DNA of 64,000 nt from Salinispira sp. (GTDB lineage: Bacteria; Spirochaetota; Spirochaetia; DSM-27196; Salinispiraceae), in contig CBDDDG010000021.1 of assembly GCA_965226555.1 (NCBI GenBank), forward strand, positions 96,001 through 160,000, in the 5' to 3' direction. The notes beneath the pieces are model-generated. The model ran no database searches, was not told where the DNA came from, and worked only from the letters and a program-made list of their open reading frames with translations. Made by a program: the position numbers and the translations under genes. Numbering within the stretch: position 1 is the first letter of the stretch; each line of letters starts with the position of its first letter. Below, in pieces: positions 39,887 to 50,303 of the stretch.

Positions 39887-40699
39887 TCAATACGTTTTCT
39901 CATGTGATGAATGGTCGTCATGGTGCGGATCAACCATTGTCAGCACGGCATCATGAATGATCCCATTACTTGCCACAACTTGTGTACCCAGCCGCGCCCG
40001 ACCTTGAAAATCGGTAAATGTGCCGCCGGCCTCCTGCACAATGGGCATGATGCAGGCAATGTCCCAGATACTTACTATGGGATCAATAACCAGTTCTGCC
40101 CGACCGCTTGCCAGCATGAGGTAGGCATGCCCGTCTCCCCAGCCCATGCTCCATTTTACTGAGCCGATAAGCTCGGCAGCGCGGGGCGACATGTTGAGGA
40201 ACTCTGCCGGCTCACCCAGGAGAAACCGCGATTCGGCAAGATTCGCAATACTACTGACAGTTGAGGGCTGTCCATTATAGAAACAGCCGAGACCATTTCC
40301 CGCCGAGATCAACTCCTCGGTTTGCGGATTATAAATAACTCCAAGAACAGGTTCGCCGCGGTACAGGAGACCGACAAGAACAGTATAGAGAGGCACCCCA
40401 TGGATAAAACTGATCGTACCGTCAATAGGATCAATGATCCATTTCCATGGGGAATGTGGACTGCCGCTCAGTCCGAATTCTTCTCCAAGTATCTGATGAC
40501 TGCTGTATTCCCGTTCAATGTGCTGCCGCATGGCGGTTTCTGCCTCTTTATCGGCGCGTGTTACCGGCGTTTCATCGGCCTTCGTCTCAATTGCAATGTT
40601 CCGTCCAAAGTAATATCTGCCGATATCACCGCCGATCCGCGCGAAATCTTCGGCTTTTTCAAGAATGGAAGCGATCATTTCCTTCTCCACAGGTTCCAT
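39887..40699 (-). CDS. Inositol monophosphatase family (HisN-like histidinol-phosphatase)
   Basis: K.D.TPVT.AD, GEEFG, WIIDPIDGT.SF, WD.A. Confidence 0.9.
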   Translation of the reverse strand: MEPVEKEMIASILEKAEDFARIGGDIGRYYFGRNIAIETKADETPVTRADKEAETAMRQHIEREYSSHQILGEEFGLSGSPHSPWKWIIDPIDGTISFIHGVPLYTVLVGLLYRGEPVLGVIYNPQTEELISAGNGLGCFYNGQPSTVSSIANLAESRFLLGEPAEFLNMSPRAAELIGSVKWSMGWGDGHAYLMLASGRAELVIDPIVSIWDIACIMPIVQEAGGTFTDFQGRARLGTQVVASNGIIHDAVLTMVDPHHDDHSSHEKTY

Positions 40700-40797
40700 T
40701 GCTGCTCCTCTGTTTTTCTTTGGGTTTTCTTTGGGTTTTTCAGATTTTTCAGGATCGATGGTATCGGGCGCTGCCGATGTCGATCAGTTTTCATACT

Positions 40798-41250
40798 TCA
40801 GGATCGATGAGACGATTTCAGGTCTCGGTCAATCTGACGTTTTACATCCCGTTCTTTAATGCTTTTTCGCTTATCATGAACTTTTTTCCCTCGGCAGAGA
40901 GCAATTTCAACCTTAATGAGCCCATCTTTGCGTAACAATGCCACGGGAATGAGCGTGAATCCCTTTCCTTCTGTTTTCCGAATGAGTTTTTTGATTTCTT
41001 CCCGATGCAGAAGGAGTTTACGCTTTTGTACCGGTTCATGGTTATGAATGTTGCCATGATCATAGGCGCTTATATGGAATCCGACGAGCCAGCATTCATT
41101 ATGGGTAATGCGCGCATAGCAGTCGGCAAAATTGAATGTACCCGCTTTCAAACTTTTTACTTCAGTACCCCGAAGTACAATACCGCATTCATAGCGTTCG
41201 ATAATCTCATATTCATAAAAGGCACGGCGGTTTTTTCCAAGAACTTTCAT
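40798..41250 (-). CDS. smpB: SsrA-binding protein
   Basis: NRRAFYEY, GIVLRGTEVKS, RKLLLH, RGKK.HDKR. Confidence 0.97.
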   Translation of the reverse strand: MKVLGKNRRAFYEYEIIERYECGIVLRGTEVKSLKAGTFNFADCYARITHNECWLVGFHISAYDHGNIHNHEPVQKRKLLLHREEIKKLIRKTEGKGFTLIPVALLRKDGLIKVEIALCRGKKVHDKRKSIKERDVKRQIDRDLKSSHRS

Positions 41251-41259
41251 AGCATGGGC

Positions 41260-42690
41260 TCATTCCCTTTCAAAAACAAGGCGAAAGGTGGTAACAGGAC
41301 TGACGGTAAGGGGCCTAAGCATGCCGATTTCATCGCTGCCGTTCTGAACCTGAATACCGGCTGCCTGAAAAATCTGGTAGATATGTTCCTGTCCTCTGTT
41401 CTCAAGCAGGGCCTTCTGCAGGTCAGATATTTCATGTGTTTCAACTATCAGTGCAGGAGTGTTGCGATCTGCCGATGGATAGGCCTGAATATACTGCCCG
41501 GTGTATTCCCATATATCGGTTTCGGTATCTATAATTTCCGTTAGTTCCTTCGGATAGGGCAGGCGGATGCGCGCATTTTCCGCATACTGCTCCAGCCATT
41601 CAATGAACATGAAGAGCGCGAGCGCCCCGGTTCCTCTGGTGGGTTCTCCGGCGCTGCTGTGAATGGGCCTGCCGAAGGGATCATGAAGGAAGTGGTTTGC
41701 GGTGGTAAGCCCCCGATCTTCAAGCAGCTGCGCATTATGTTCTGACCAGATATCCTGTTCTGAGAGGAAGCGCTGAAAAAGGGCATAATTTACTGGTTCC
41801 GACATAATGAGAGTTCCATTTTTTTCTCTGAGAGAACCGCTGTATCCGAGAGAACGCAGCACGGCCTTGAGTTCACGTGAATTTAATGCAGAGGCGGGGT
41901 TGGGGTCAGAGGCAGAGGCGGCAGAGGCGCCGGAAAACAGCCGGATTAACTGCTCAGGTTTTTTATCGGTCGGCAGAATGTCTTCCAGCTGCCGCATAAT
42001 ATCCGCATTATCGCCGGATACGAGGAGGTTCAGCATTGTACTGATCCCGAGAGAGTTCGGAATAAGCGCGTTCGAAGTAAGGCGGGAGGTTCCCCGAAGA
42101 ATATCTCTGAGCTGTTGGTCATTACCAACAATGCCGGAGGGGAGAATATTATGCGGCAGATCGGCGATGACTTCATCGTTCCGTCCGATGGCGGAAATAG
42201 CATAATCATCGAAAACAGGAGGAATTTGGCGCACTGCGCTCACTGCAAAGAGCCCCAAGGTGGAAAGTTCAAGCACTACCGGCTTTCTGAATTCCCTGCT
42301 GCTGATCGATGTATTTGGCGAGAGGGTAATGACGATTTTATCGGAGCGCGGGAAGAATAGGCTGAAAAATAAGCGCCCCCCAACATCAATTTTCTCAGTA
42401 TGCGATTCAAAACCAGCAGCGCGCACATCAAGTGTATGGCTGCCCCGCTGAATAAAATATACTCCGGGCAATTTTCCTCTGAGCTGATCATCAATAAACA
42501 TTCCCGCCCCTTCGGCATTCGTCCATATTTCAAGGCGGGTACCATCCTTAAGAATTCCCGGGAGCAGGATGAGGGCGAGAACAATGAGTATGAGAAAAAA
42601 TACAGAGAGATATATCAGCCAGACCTCCGGCTTTACGCCAAAGATATCGGTAAGTTTGACCGGTTCCTTCATTTCCCGCGTTGCTTTCAT
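41260..42690 (-). CDS. PEGA-domain membrane protein
   Basis: TM helix followed by GA.MFID.Q..G..P...G.H.L.V...GF. Confidence 0.7.
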   Translation of the reverse strand: MKATREMKEPVKLTDIFGVKPEVWLIYLSVFFLILIVLALILLPGILKDGTRLEIWTNAEGAGMFIDDQLRGKLPGVYFIQRGSHTLDVRAAGFESHTEKIDVGGRLFFSLFFPRSDKIVITLSPNTSISSREFRKPVVLELSTLGLFAVSAVRQIPPVFDDYAISAIGRNDEVIADLPHNILPSGIVGNDQQLRDILRGTSRLTSNALIPNSLGISTMLNLLVSGDNADIMRQLEDILPTDKKPEQLIRLFSGASAASASDPNPASALNSRELKAVLRSLGYSGSLREKNGTLIMSEPVNYALFQRFLSEQDIWSEHNAQLLEDRGLTTANHFLHDPFGRPIHSSAGEPTRGTGALALFMFIEWLEQYAENARIRLPYPKELTEIIDTETDIWEYTGQYIQAYPSADRNTPALIVETHEISDLQKALLENRGQEHIYQIFQAAGIQVQNGSDEIGMLRPLTVSPVTTFRLVFERE

Positions 42691-42756
42691 TCCCGCATTG
42701 TACTGGGGGCTGTGTTACTTGTCAATTCACATCCGCGCATGCTACATTCATGTTAT

Positions 42757-43761
42757 ATGGATATTGGATCACGGCTCAGGGAAATTACGGAAAAAATGCT
42801 CACGGCCCGCCGGAATAGAATTTGGGCGCGGAAGGAGCGTTCACGCAGGCGGAACCCCATTCTCGACTGGCTGGGCGCCTTTCTCTGGGCTGCTCTTGTT
42901 GTTCTGCTCATCAATCAATATCTTTTTCAGGCATACCGCATTCCATCAGGCTCAATGATTCCGACATTTCTTATTGGCGACAATATTTTTGTTAACAAAC
43001 TTGTGTATGGGCCGGAGCTATTACCGGGAATTGGGAAGCTGTCGGGGTTCAGGGAGGTTCAGCGAAACGATCTTATTATTTTTGATCATCCTGAATATAT
43101 CAGTAAGGGATCGTTCTACACCGTAACACGGCGTCTTATTTATATGCTGACGTTTTCTCTGGTCGATATTGAGCGTATTCAGAGCGGAACGCTTGTTCAT
43201 GACCTCCTCACAAAACGCGTTATCGGCATTGGGGGAGACAGAATCCGCTATGATGAGGGAGAAGTTCTGGTTCTTCCCGCGGGCGGCGCGGAATGGCTTG
43301 ATCCGGCTGAATTTCAGCGCATGTATGATGTGCATTTCACAATTAACCGATTGGCCGGTAATTACGGAGCTTTGAAAGAGGCTGTTCGGCTCAATGCCTG
43401 GGCGCGCGCCGGTCTTATTGACATTGGAGAGGCGGAAGAGCGGCTGAAAGAGCTTAACACGAAGCTTCGTTCTCAGCGCGATGAAAACAATATTCTCATA
43501 CGTACATATGACAGACTTCAGGGCGAACGTGAAGTTAACCGAACCTCACTGAGTCTTTATCCGGGAGATTACCGTGTATGGTCTGAATCGGCAAAACAGC
43601 AGAAGGGATGGTATGTGCCGGAATCGCGGATTTTGCCCATTGGCGATAACCGCGACGATTCATACGATGGCCGGTATTTTGGTCCTGTTCTGAAAGAGGA
43701 TGTTCTCGGCCAGCCGGCATTCCGATTCTGGCCAATTCCCCGCCTCGGAGCGCTGCGCTGA
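42757..43761 (+). CDS. lepB: Signal peptidase I
   Basis: IPSGSM.PT, KRVIG..GD, GDNRDDSYDGRYFG; start placed at MDIGSRL. Confidence 0.93.
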   Translation: MDIGSRLREITEKMLTARRNRIWARKERSRRRNPILDWLGAFLWAALVVLLINQYLFQAYRIPSGSMIPTFLIGDNIFVNKLVYGPELLPGIGKLSGFREVQRNDLIIFDHPEYISKGSFYTVTRRLIYMLTFSLVDIERIQSGTLVHDLLTKRVIGIGGDRIRYDEGEVLVLPAGGAEWLDPAEFQRMYDVHFTINRLAGNYGALKEAVRLNAWARAGLIDIGEAEERLKELNTKLRSQRDENNILIRTYDRLQGEREVNRTSLSLYPGDYRVWSESAKQQKGWYVPESRILPIGDNRDDSYDGRYFGPVLKEDVLGQPAFRFWPIPRLGALR

Positions 43762-44549
43762 TGGCCGGATATTCCCGCAGCCGCTCCAGTGCCCGCAGCC
43801 GCACTCGCAGCAGCAGCCGCTCCAGTGCCCGTACCCGCTCCAATGCCCGCAGCAGCACTCGCAGCAGCAGGCGGCGAAAAAATCCGCGGACTATCCGCAG
43901 GATCGGGGGTATTGCGCTGGGTTTTTTTCTCATACTTGAAATTACCGGAAGCCTTTTCATGTATTTTGCCCGGGTTTCCAGTAGGAGCATGGCCCCGAAC
44001 TATCGGGTAAGCGAGAGGATGCTGATAAGCAGTTTCAATTTCGGTATGGTTTTTCCGTTCACCGATTTTGTGCTGAGAAAGCCTCAGAATGCTCAGCGCG
44101 GTCAGGTTATACTCCTCAAACCTCCCTACAGCGCGGGTGAACATGTGCCGGTTCTGCATGATATATGGGCTTTTTTCGCCCCGAAGCGACCCCTGCCGTG
44201 GATGCCCGGGAACGGGGAATTCACACATGAGGGGCTCATTATGCGCAGGATAATTGCTCTTCCGGGGGACCGGGTGTATCTGAGCGGGGGAATTGCCTAT
44301 GTGCAGACTCAGGGCAGGGGTGAATTTGTTTCTGAACATTCCATTGGCTCTGAAATCTATGAACTTCTTCTCCCCAGCGATGAATTTGATGATCCAGATC
44401 TCCTGAATCATTATTATTCCAATACCTTTGTGGTGCCCGAAAATGAAATTTTTGTTCTGCCCGATAATCGGCGGGAAGCATTCGGCTCAGTTTCCTGGGG
44501 CGGCATAGCGCTGAGCGCCGTCCGCGGGCGCGTGCTGAGGAAGTATTAA
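43761..44549 (+). CDS. Signal peptidase I-like paralog with Ser/Arg-rich N-terminus
   Basis: SRSMAP, RRIIALPGD (Arg at the catalytic Lys position), PDNR. Confidence 0.8.
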   Translation: MAGYSRSRSSARSRTRSSSRSSARTRSNARSSTRSSRRRKNPRTIRRIGGIALGFFLILEITGSLFMYFARVSSRSMAPNYRVSERMLISSFNFGMVFPFTDFVLRKPQNAQRGQVILLKPPYSAGEHVPVLHDIWAFFAPKRPLPWMPGNGEFTHEGLIMRRIIALPGDRVYLSGGIAYVQTQGRGEFVSEHSIGSEIYELLLPSDEFDDPDLLNHYYSNTFVVPENEIFVLPDNRREAFGSVSWGGIALSAVRGRVLRKY

Positions 44550-44551
44550 GC

Positions 44552-44775
44552 CATGTAGCCGGGCGGGGGGAGAGCAGGCGCGCAACGCCGACCAGTCCCC
44601 GTCTCAGCAACAGTCGCATGGCGAGCCAGCCGCGCAGCCTCCCCGACCAGCCCCGTCTCAGCAACAGTCGCATGGGCGAGCAATCGAAAAAAGGCAGGCA
44701 CGGATTTTTTCCGTGTCTGCGGGAGAGCAATCGAAAAAAGGCTGGCACGGGGGAAAATCCGCGCCTGCCGATGAG
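44552..44775. repeat. Family B GC-rich mosaic repeat
   Basis: CCCCGTCTCAGCAACAGTCGCATGG x2 and ATCGAAAAAAGGC(A/T)GGCACGG x2. Confidence 0.85.
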
Positions 44776-44783
44776 CAGTCATT

Positions 44784-46587
44784 CTAATTTTGACACGTAC
44801 GACTCGCGCCTGTACCTGTGCTATTGCAATACCACGACGGAACACCCACAGCAGCCTCAGTCTCAACATCACTGGTGTTTGGATCATCAACAATCCCATT
44901 CACCACGCCGGAATTATTAAACATAAAGGTGTCTGTTCCGGTATATTGGGGAGGAGTACCGGTATCAAGCATGAGATGAGATCCCCAACTCTCAAGATTC
45001 TGATTGAATGCGCTTGCGTTAACGAACATCTGTGTCATATTCGTTACCGAGCTAACATCCCAATCCGAAATATCGCCATTGAATGCGCTTGCGCTAGAGA
45101 ACATCCCAAGCAGATTCGTTACCGAGCTGACATCCCATCCGGAGATATCGCCATTGAATGTGGTTGTGAATGAGAACATCTCTGGCATATTCGTTACCGA
45201 GCTAACATCCCAATCCGAAATATCGCCATTGAATGCGTTTGCGCTACGAAACATATTGCTCATATTTATTAGCGAACTGACATCCCAGCGTGAGATATCG
45301 CCATTAAATGTGCTTGCGAAGGCAAACATATTTTCCATATTCATTACCTTACTGACATCCCAGCGTGAGATATCACCATTGAATGTGGTTGCAGAATTGA
45401 ACATATTGTACATGTCCGTTACTGCCGTGGTAATAATGTAGTTGAGGTCGACAGTATTGCCCCAAGTAGTTATCCCCGCATTTACCGCTGTTTTCAGCTC
45501 GGCGTTAGTAGTAGGACTCTCGGTAACAAAGAAATACTCGGCAAACCGTCGACCATCAGCTCCGATTGCATATATCACATATGTTCCTGCCGTTGTATCC
45601 GCGGTAACCGTAAGCGTAATAAATCCGCTGCTCGAATCGACAGTCGGCGGGGTGACTCCATTGGGCGTAGCTACGGAGGTGACCTTCGTAATGTCTCCTG
45701 AATTATCGACTGTGATATTGCTTGCTCCCACCGTGGTCAAAGAAACGCTGAGCTCGGTGGCAATTTCAGGGGCAAGAGGGTTATCAATATCAGCCGGAAC
45801 AATTGCGACCGCTGACTCGCCGGCGGGAAGCTGCGTTGCAAACGGAAACGGGAACATTGCGGATTCAGACCATTCGCCGCTGCCCTGCGCGTTGACGGCG
45901 CGTACCCGTAGTTGGTAGTTGGCGCCGTCTGCCGTAATGCTGTGAATTGTGTAAGGGGAGTACGATGAGAAGGGAAAATGACAGACTTCTGTCTGCCCCT
46001 CGCTGCGTGCGCAGGCAATGCCGGAGCTAATGATCGTCCATGGCTCCATGTCATCTGCGCGATATCGCAGTTCGTACCCGGTAATGGGGCTGCCGCCGTT
46101 ATCGGTTGGCGCAGTCCATGTGGCAATGAGTAACCCAGTGCCTGCTTCAAGGGCTGGAACAGTCGGCGCGGCAGGGACAGTGAGAGTTGCGGTAGGTGTT
46201 GCCGTGGAAGATGCCGACCAGCCGCCGGTGCCCCCCGCGTTGACGGCGCGCACCTGCACAGCATAATTCATGCCGTTTGTCAGGTCGGTAATGGTATGGC
46301 TTGCGCCGGTAATACCGGATGTGATCTCTGTCCAGCTCTCGCTGCCGAATTCACCATAGCGCAAGTTGTACGCGGTAATGGCGTTGCCATCCTTTTTGTT
46401 TACCTCATTCCATATAGCGGCGAGCTCAGCCCACGATGCAGTGAGCTGTCCGTCTCCCGCAATGAGGGCTGGCGCAAACATGGTAGGCGGAGCATCCGGC
46501 ATGGGACATCCCGCGACCAATGCAATAAACATTGAGCAGAGAATGAAAAGGGCTACCCCCCCCCCAACTGTATGATGTAATTTTCAT
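44784..46587 (-). CDS. Fn3(x2)+DUF285 (x5) surface lipoprotein, frameshifted at a G10 tract in the signal peptide (candidate phase-variable gene)
   Basis: SD AGGAGG + ATG 46587 is out of frame by one base. Removing one G from 46565-46556 gives MKITSYSWGGVALFILCSMFIALVAG-C. Confidence 0.85.
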
Positions 46588-46620
46588 AATTTTGCCTCCT
46601 TGGCACTATGTGGAATCTCT

Positions 46621-46703
46621 GGTATTTCACACTACATCGTGAAAATAGCGTTTTTTTAAGCTCCACTGTGCTATAGTATCGTCAAAAAATTCGTTTGTGT
46701 CAA
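46621..46703 (-). promoter_or_regulatory. Conserved promoter and 5' leader, homolog of 6848-6930
   Basis: TTGACA...GATACTATAG...GTGGAG...TTTCAC...GTGTGAAATACC. Confidence 0.6.
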
Positions 46704-46728
46704 GCCATTTGCTCATTCTGCAAACTTT

Positions 46729-46926
46729 CTAATAGGACAGAATGAATTTTCCATGAGCCATGAAGAAATTACATTTGGAAAGAATATCCATACCTAACAG
46801 AATGTGATAATTACTGCTATGATATAGTAGTTCAGTTACATTAATATTGGGGAAGGTACACAGATTCACTTTCATTCTCGCGAGTTTCGGTTCCTGATCG
46901 TTCATTACCACTTCACCTATGGGCAT
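46729..46926 (-). pseudogene. C-terminal fragment of a retropepsin-like aspartyl protease
   Basis: ILLGMDIL motif; the catalytic DTG segment is absent. Confidence 0.55.
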
Positions 46927-47044
46927 AGCAGGAATAATACCCCAAATCGAGTTTTTGGTCTGTTACCTGCTGTATGGAAAATATTTTATCCTCATACAAG
47001 ACTCTCCCCGCTTCCCGTGAACCGCCGCTCCCGCCGATGGGAAA

Positions 47045-48217
47045 TTAATTCAGGTAATTCAGAGGATTTTCAAAAACTCCGTTCCGTATAATGGAAAAGT
47101 GCAGGTGCGGTCCGGTTGATCGGCCGGTATTACCCATACGCCCGATAGTCTCGCCCTGATAGATATATTCACCCCTGTTGACCCCGATGGTGTTAAGATG
47201 AGCATAGAGCGTTTGAAAACCTCCGGCATGCTGAATAATAATGAATTTGCCGTAGTTTCCGATCTGACTTTCAATATGCACCACCGTGCCGGCCATGGAT
47301 GCCCGAACAGAAGTGCCGGGGTTGTTTGCAAGATCAATGCCGTTATGAAAGCGCCGCTGACCGGTAAAGGGATCAGCGCGGTATCCGAATCCGCTGGTGA
47401 ATCGTCCATTGGTCGGAAATATGAACAATTCTCCGAGCACCAGCTTCAGCGCGGTACTGTCCATACGGGCGCCCGGAATAAACAGTGCCTGCTCGGGGGT
47501 AATTTCTTCGCTGAACAGAGAATTGGCGTCTAAAATGGCATTAAAGCTTGAGCCGTATTCTTCGGCAAGTCCTGAAAGACTATCGCCCGTACTGACCGTA
47601 TGCAGGAGACCATCTCTGTTCGGAATCTTAAACTCCTGCCCTATCTGCAATCGGCGCACATCACGAATCTTATTAAAACTAATAAGGGTATCCATATTCA
47701 GTCCATGATCAATGGCAATCTGGCTGAGCGTATCGCCGGGCTTAAGGGTGTAGGCGCTGAGGCTGAGAGCTTCAAATTGATTTTGGTTAATTTCGGGAGC
47801 TTTGCTGATAGCGCCGTTAGCAGCGGCAGATCCGCCGGTAATAGGGGTTTCCGCAGGCGGGGGCGATGAGATGTAGAGCCCCTGGGGAATCGTCAGAATG
47901 TCGGTGGTGAAGAGTAAGCCCATAGGTCCGAAGGAATGGGAGAAAAATATATTGAGGACAAAGAGCATGGTTATCAGGTTTGTCATAAAAATAAGATCAA
48001 GAAAATTCACGCCCGATTTTTCTTCCGTTTCCAACTTCGGAATGGAATAATTTCGGGTAGTTCTGTAGGCTCTTCGCGGCTGATGAATCCTGTGTCCCCG
48101 CTGATGAGGCACTGTCTGAAGTGAATGTCTCATAACAGATTTGTAGCGTATTCTGCCGTTCTGACCGACAGTATTTCTCCGGACATTGATCTGCTGATTA
48201 TGTATAAGTTGGTTCAT
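47045..48217 (-). CDS. LysM x2 + M23 peptidase
   Basis: GDTLSQIA, GDSLSGLA, HNGIDLA, YAHL, STGPHLHF. Confidence 0.93.
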   Translation of the reverse strand: MNQLIHNQQINVRRNTVGQNGRIRYKSVMRHSLQTVPHQRGHRIHQPRRAYRTTRNYSIPKLETEEKSGVNFLDLIFMTNLITMLFVLNIFFSHSFGPMGLLFTTDILTIPQGLYISSPPPAETPITGGSAAANGAISKAPEINQNQFEALSLSAYTLKPGDTLSQIAIDHGLNMDTLISFNKIRDVRRLQIGQEFKIPNRDGLLHTVSTGDSLSGLAEEYGSSFNAILDANSLFSEEITPEQALFIPGARMDSTALKLVLGELFIFPTNGRFTSGFGYRADPFTGQRRFHNGIDLANNPGTSVRASMAGTVVHIESQIGNYGKFIIIQHAGGFQTLYAHLNTIGVNRGEYIYQGETIGRMGNTGRSTGPHLHFSIIRNGVFENPLNYLN

Positions 48218-48305
48218 AGTTCATATATCGACTGAATAAAGAATTATATGAAGTCCATGTAACGGCGTTTGCACGTATTTTTCAAGTACTATATGATGAT
48301 AGTAC

Positions 48306-50303
48306 ATGATTGATTTATACAAGCAGGGTGAACATCACCGTAGCAGTCTCCGCAATTACATTCCGGTTCATCTTGCCCTCATTCTTGCGCTGTGTATTCT
48401 GCTCTTTGAAAATAATTTTTTCGGCATGCGGGTTTCGGCGCTTGCGCCCGCACACACACCCGCACACACACCGTTATATTCCGCGCTTTCCGAAGGCGGC
48501 CGTAATAGCGGGCTGGATAGCGGCATTGGGCTGAGTAGCGGCATTGGGCTGGATAGCGGCATTGGGCTGGACAGTACTATCAAAATCAGTGAAGATATCC
48601 GCCTCGATACAAGCAGTATTCCGCATGACAAGCTTTTCTGGCAGGACCTGCCGGATGAACAGATCATCACTGCGCTTATCGGGAATATGGAGGCTGAAGA
48701 ACTCATTTCTCAAATGCTGATGCTCGGCTGGGTGAGTGAATATGCTGAGGGTCCCATTATGGACTGGATTTCCCGAAGGAATATCGGCGGGGTGAAAATC
48801 TTCGGCTGGAATGGAAAGAATGTTGGTACGCTGAGTACCACACTTACCCAGATGCAGGCTGCTTCCCTCACCAACCGGCATGGTATTCCGCTCTTTACGG
48901 CCACCGATCAGGAGGGGGGCTGGGTACGTCATATAAAAGATAGTACAAGCATAACCCCGGGCAATATGGCTATTGGGGCATCTGCCCTTCCTGCTGATAG
49001 TTATCTGAGCGGTTATTATATTGGACGGGAGTTGCGGGCAATTGGGGTGAACATGAATTTTGCGCCGACAGTCGATGTCTATGTGAATAAAGATGCTCAC
49101 GTTATCGGACCGCGGGCATTCTCGGCCGACCCGCAGGAAACCGCCATTCTCGGCACCGCCTTTTTTCACGGCATGAGACAGGCGGGAATTATTGCCACTG
49201 CAAAACACTTTCCCGGGCACGGAAACGCCCTCGGCGACAGCCATGGGTATCTGCCGGTAATTAATGATGATCTTCAGACTGTCTGGGGCAGAGACATCGT
49301 TCCCTACCGTATGCTCATACCGGAGGGCCTTCCCGCCATACTCTCAGGACACCTCAACTTTCCCCGTATTACCGGCAACGCGGTTCCGGCATCGTTGAGC
49401 GCATATTTCAAACAGGAAATTCTCCGCGGCAGGCTCAATTTTGAGGGTATTGTTATAACCGACGATCTCTACATGGGCGGATCAGTTCAATACGGTGAAA
49501 GCCGCGGCTGGAATATGGCTGAAATTGTTCTTGAGGCAATTACAATAGGCAATGATATGGTCATGCTCTCGGAAACACCCTCGTTGAATGACGAAATTTG
49601 GCAGCGGCTCTCCCATGAATTTACCGTGAATTCACATTTCAGGGCGCGGGTGAAGGAAGCTGTTTCCCGCATTCTGAAAGTTAAGTTACTCTATCTCAAG
49701 GCCGACTGGCGGGTACCCTTCAGCACCGAAGCGTCTCAGGTCTATGAGGATATTGCCGCTCTCAAAGAAGAACCCTTCTTTCAGGAGCAGGCAGCCAGAG
49801 GGGTAACGCTTATTCGTGATCATGGAATTCCCTTCCAGGGCGCGGGGAAGGAACGCATTCTTCTTGCCGGGCAGGATGCCGATTTTCTCCGTGAAGGAAG
49901 CAGACAGTATCCCGGCGCAGACAGTTTCTATTTTGACTATGCCCCCTTTTATTCAGCCGATGAACAGGTTATACGTACTATCAGAAGCCGCATCCCTCTC
50001 TACGACAAAATTATTTTTAATCTTTCGAATCCAAACAGTCTTGAGGTACTGAAAAACCTGCGCGACTATCGGGACAAAATCATTGTATTCTCCACACTTA
50101 CCCCCGTGTATCTGGAAGAAGTCCCGTGGATACGCTCTGCCATTGCCGTGTACGGCTGGGGCATTGAATCATTCGCGGCCGGGTTTTCCGCTCTCCGCGG
50201 CACCATTCCCTTCAAAGGCCGCCTCCCCATTAATATCACCAATATCACCACCGAAAACGCGGGAGAAAACAGTACTGCCGCCGCCCGGAACGCGGAAGAA
50301 TAA
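48306..50303 (+). CDS. nagZ: GH3 beta-N-acetylhexosaminidase (NagZ-like)
   Basis: DQEGG, NFAP.VD, KHFPGHG....DSH, ITDDL.M. Confidence 0.88.
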   Translation: MIDLYKQGEHHRSSLRNYIPVHLALILALCILLFENNFFGMRVSALAPAHTPAHTPLYSALSEGGRNSGLDSGIGLSSGIGLDSGIGLDSTIKISEDIRLDTSSIPHDKLFWQDLPDEQIITALIGNMEAEELISQMLMLGWVSEYAEGPIMDWISRRNIGGVKIFGWNGKNVGTLSTTLTQMQAASLTNRHGIPLFTATDQEGGWVRHIKDSTSITPGNMAIGASALPADSYLSGYYIGRELRAIGVNMNFAPTVDVYVNKDAHVIGPRAFSADPQETAILGTAFFHGMRQAGIIATAKHFPGHGNALGDSHGYLPVINDDLQTVWGRDIVPYRMLIPEGLPAILSGHLNFPRITGNAVPASLSAYFKQEILRGRLNFEGIVITDDLYMGGSVQYGESRGWNMAEIVLEAITIGNDMVMLSETPSLNDEIWQRLSHEFTVNSHFRARVKEAVSRILKVKLLYLKADWRVPFSTEASQVYEDIAALKEEPFFQEQAARGVTLIRDHGIPFQGAGKERILLAGQDADFLREGSRQYPGADSFYFDYAPFYSADEQVIRTIRSRIPLYDKIIFNLSNPNSLEVLKNLRDYRDKIIVFSTLTPVYLEEVPWIRSAIAVYGWGIESFAAGFSALRGTIPFKGRLPINITNITTENAGENSTAAARNAEE

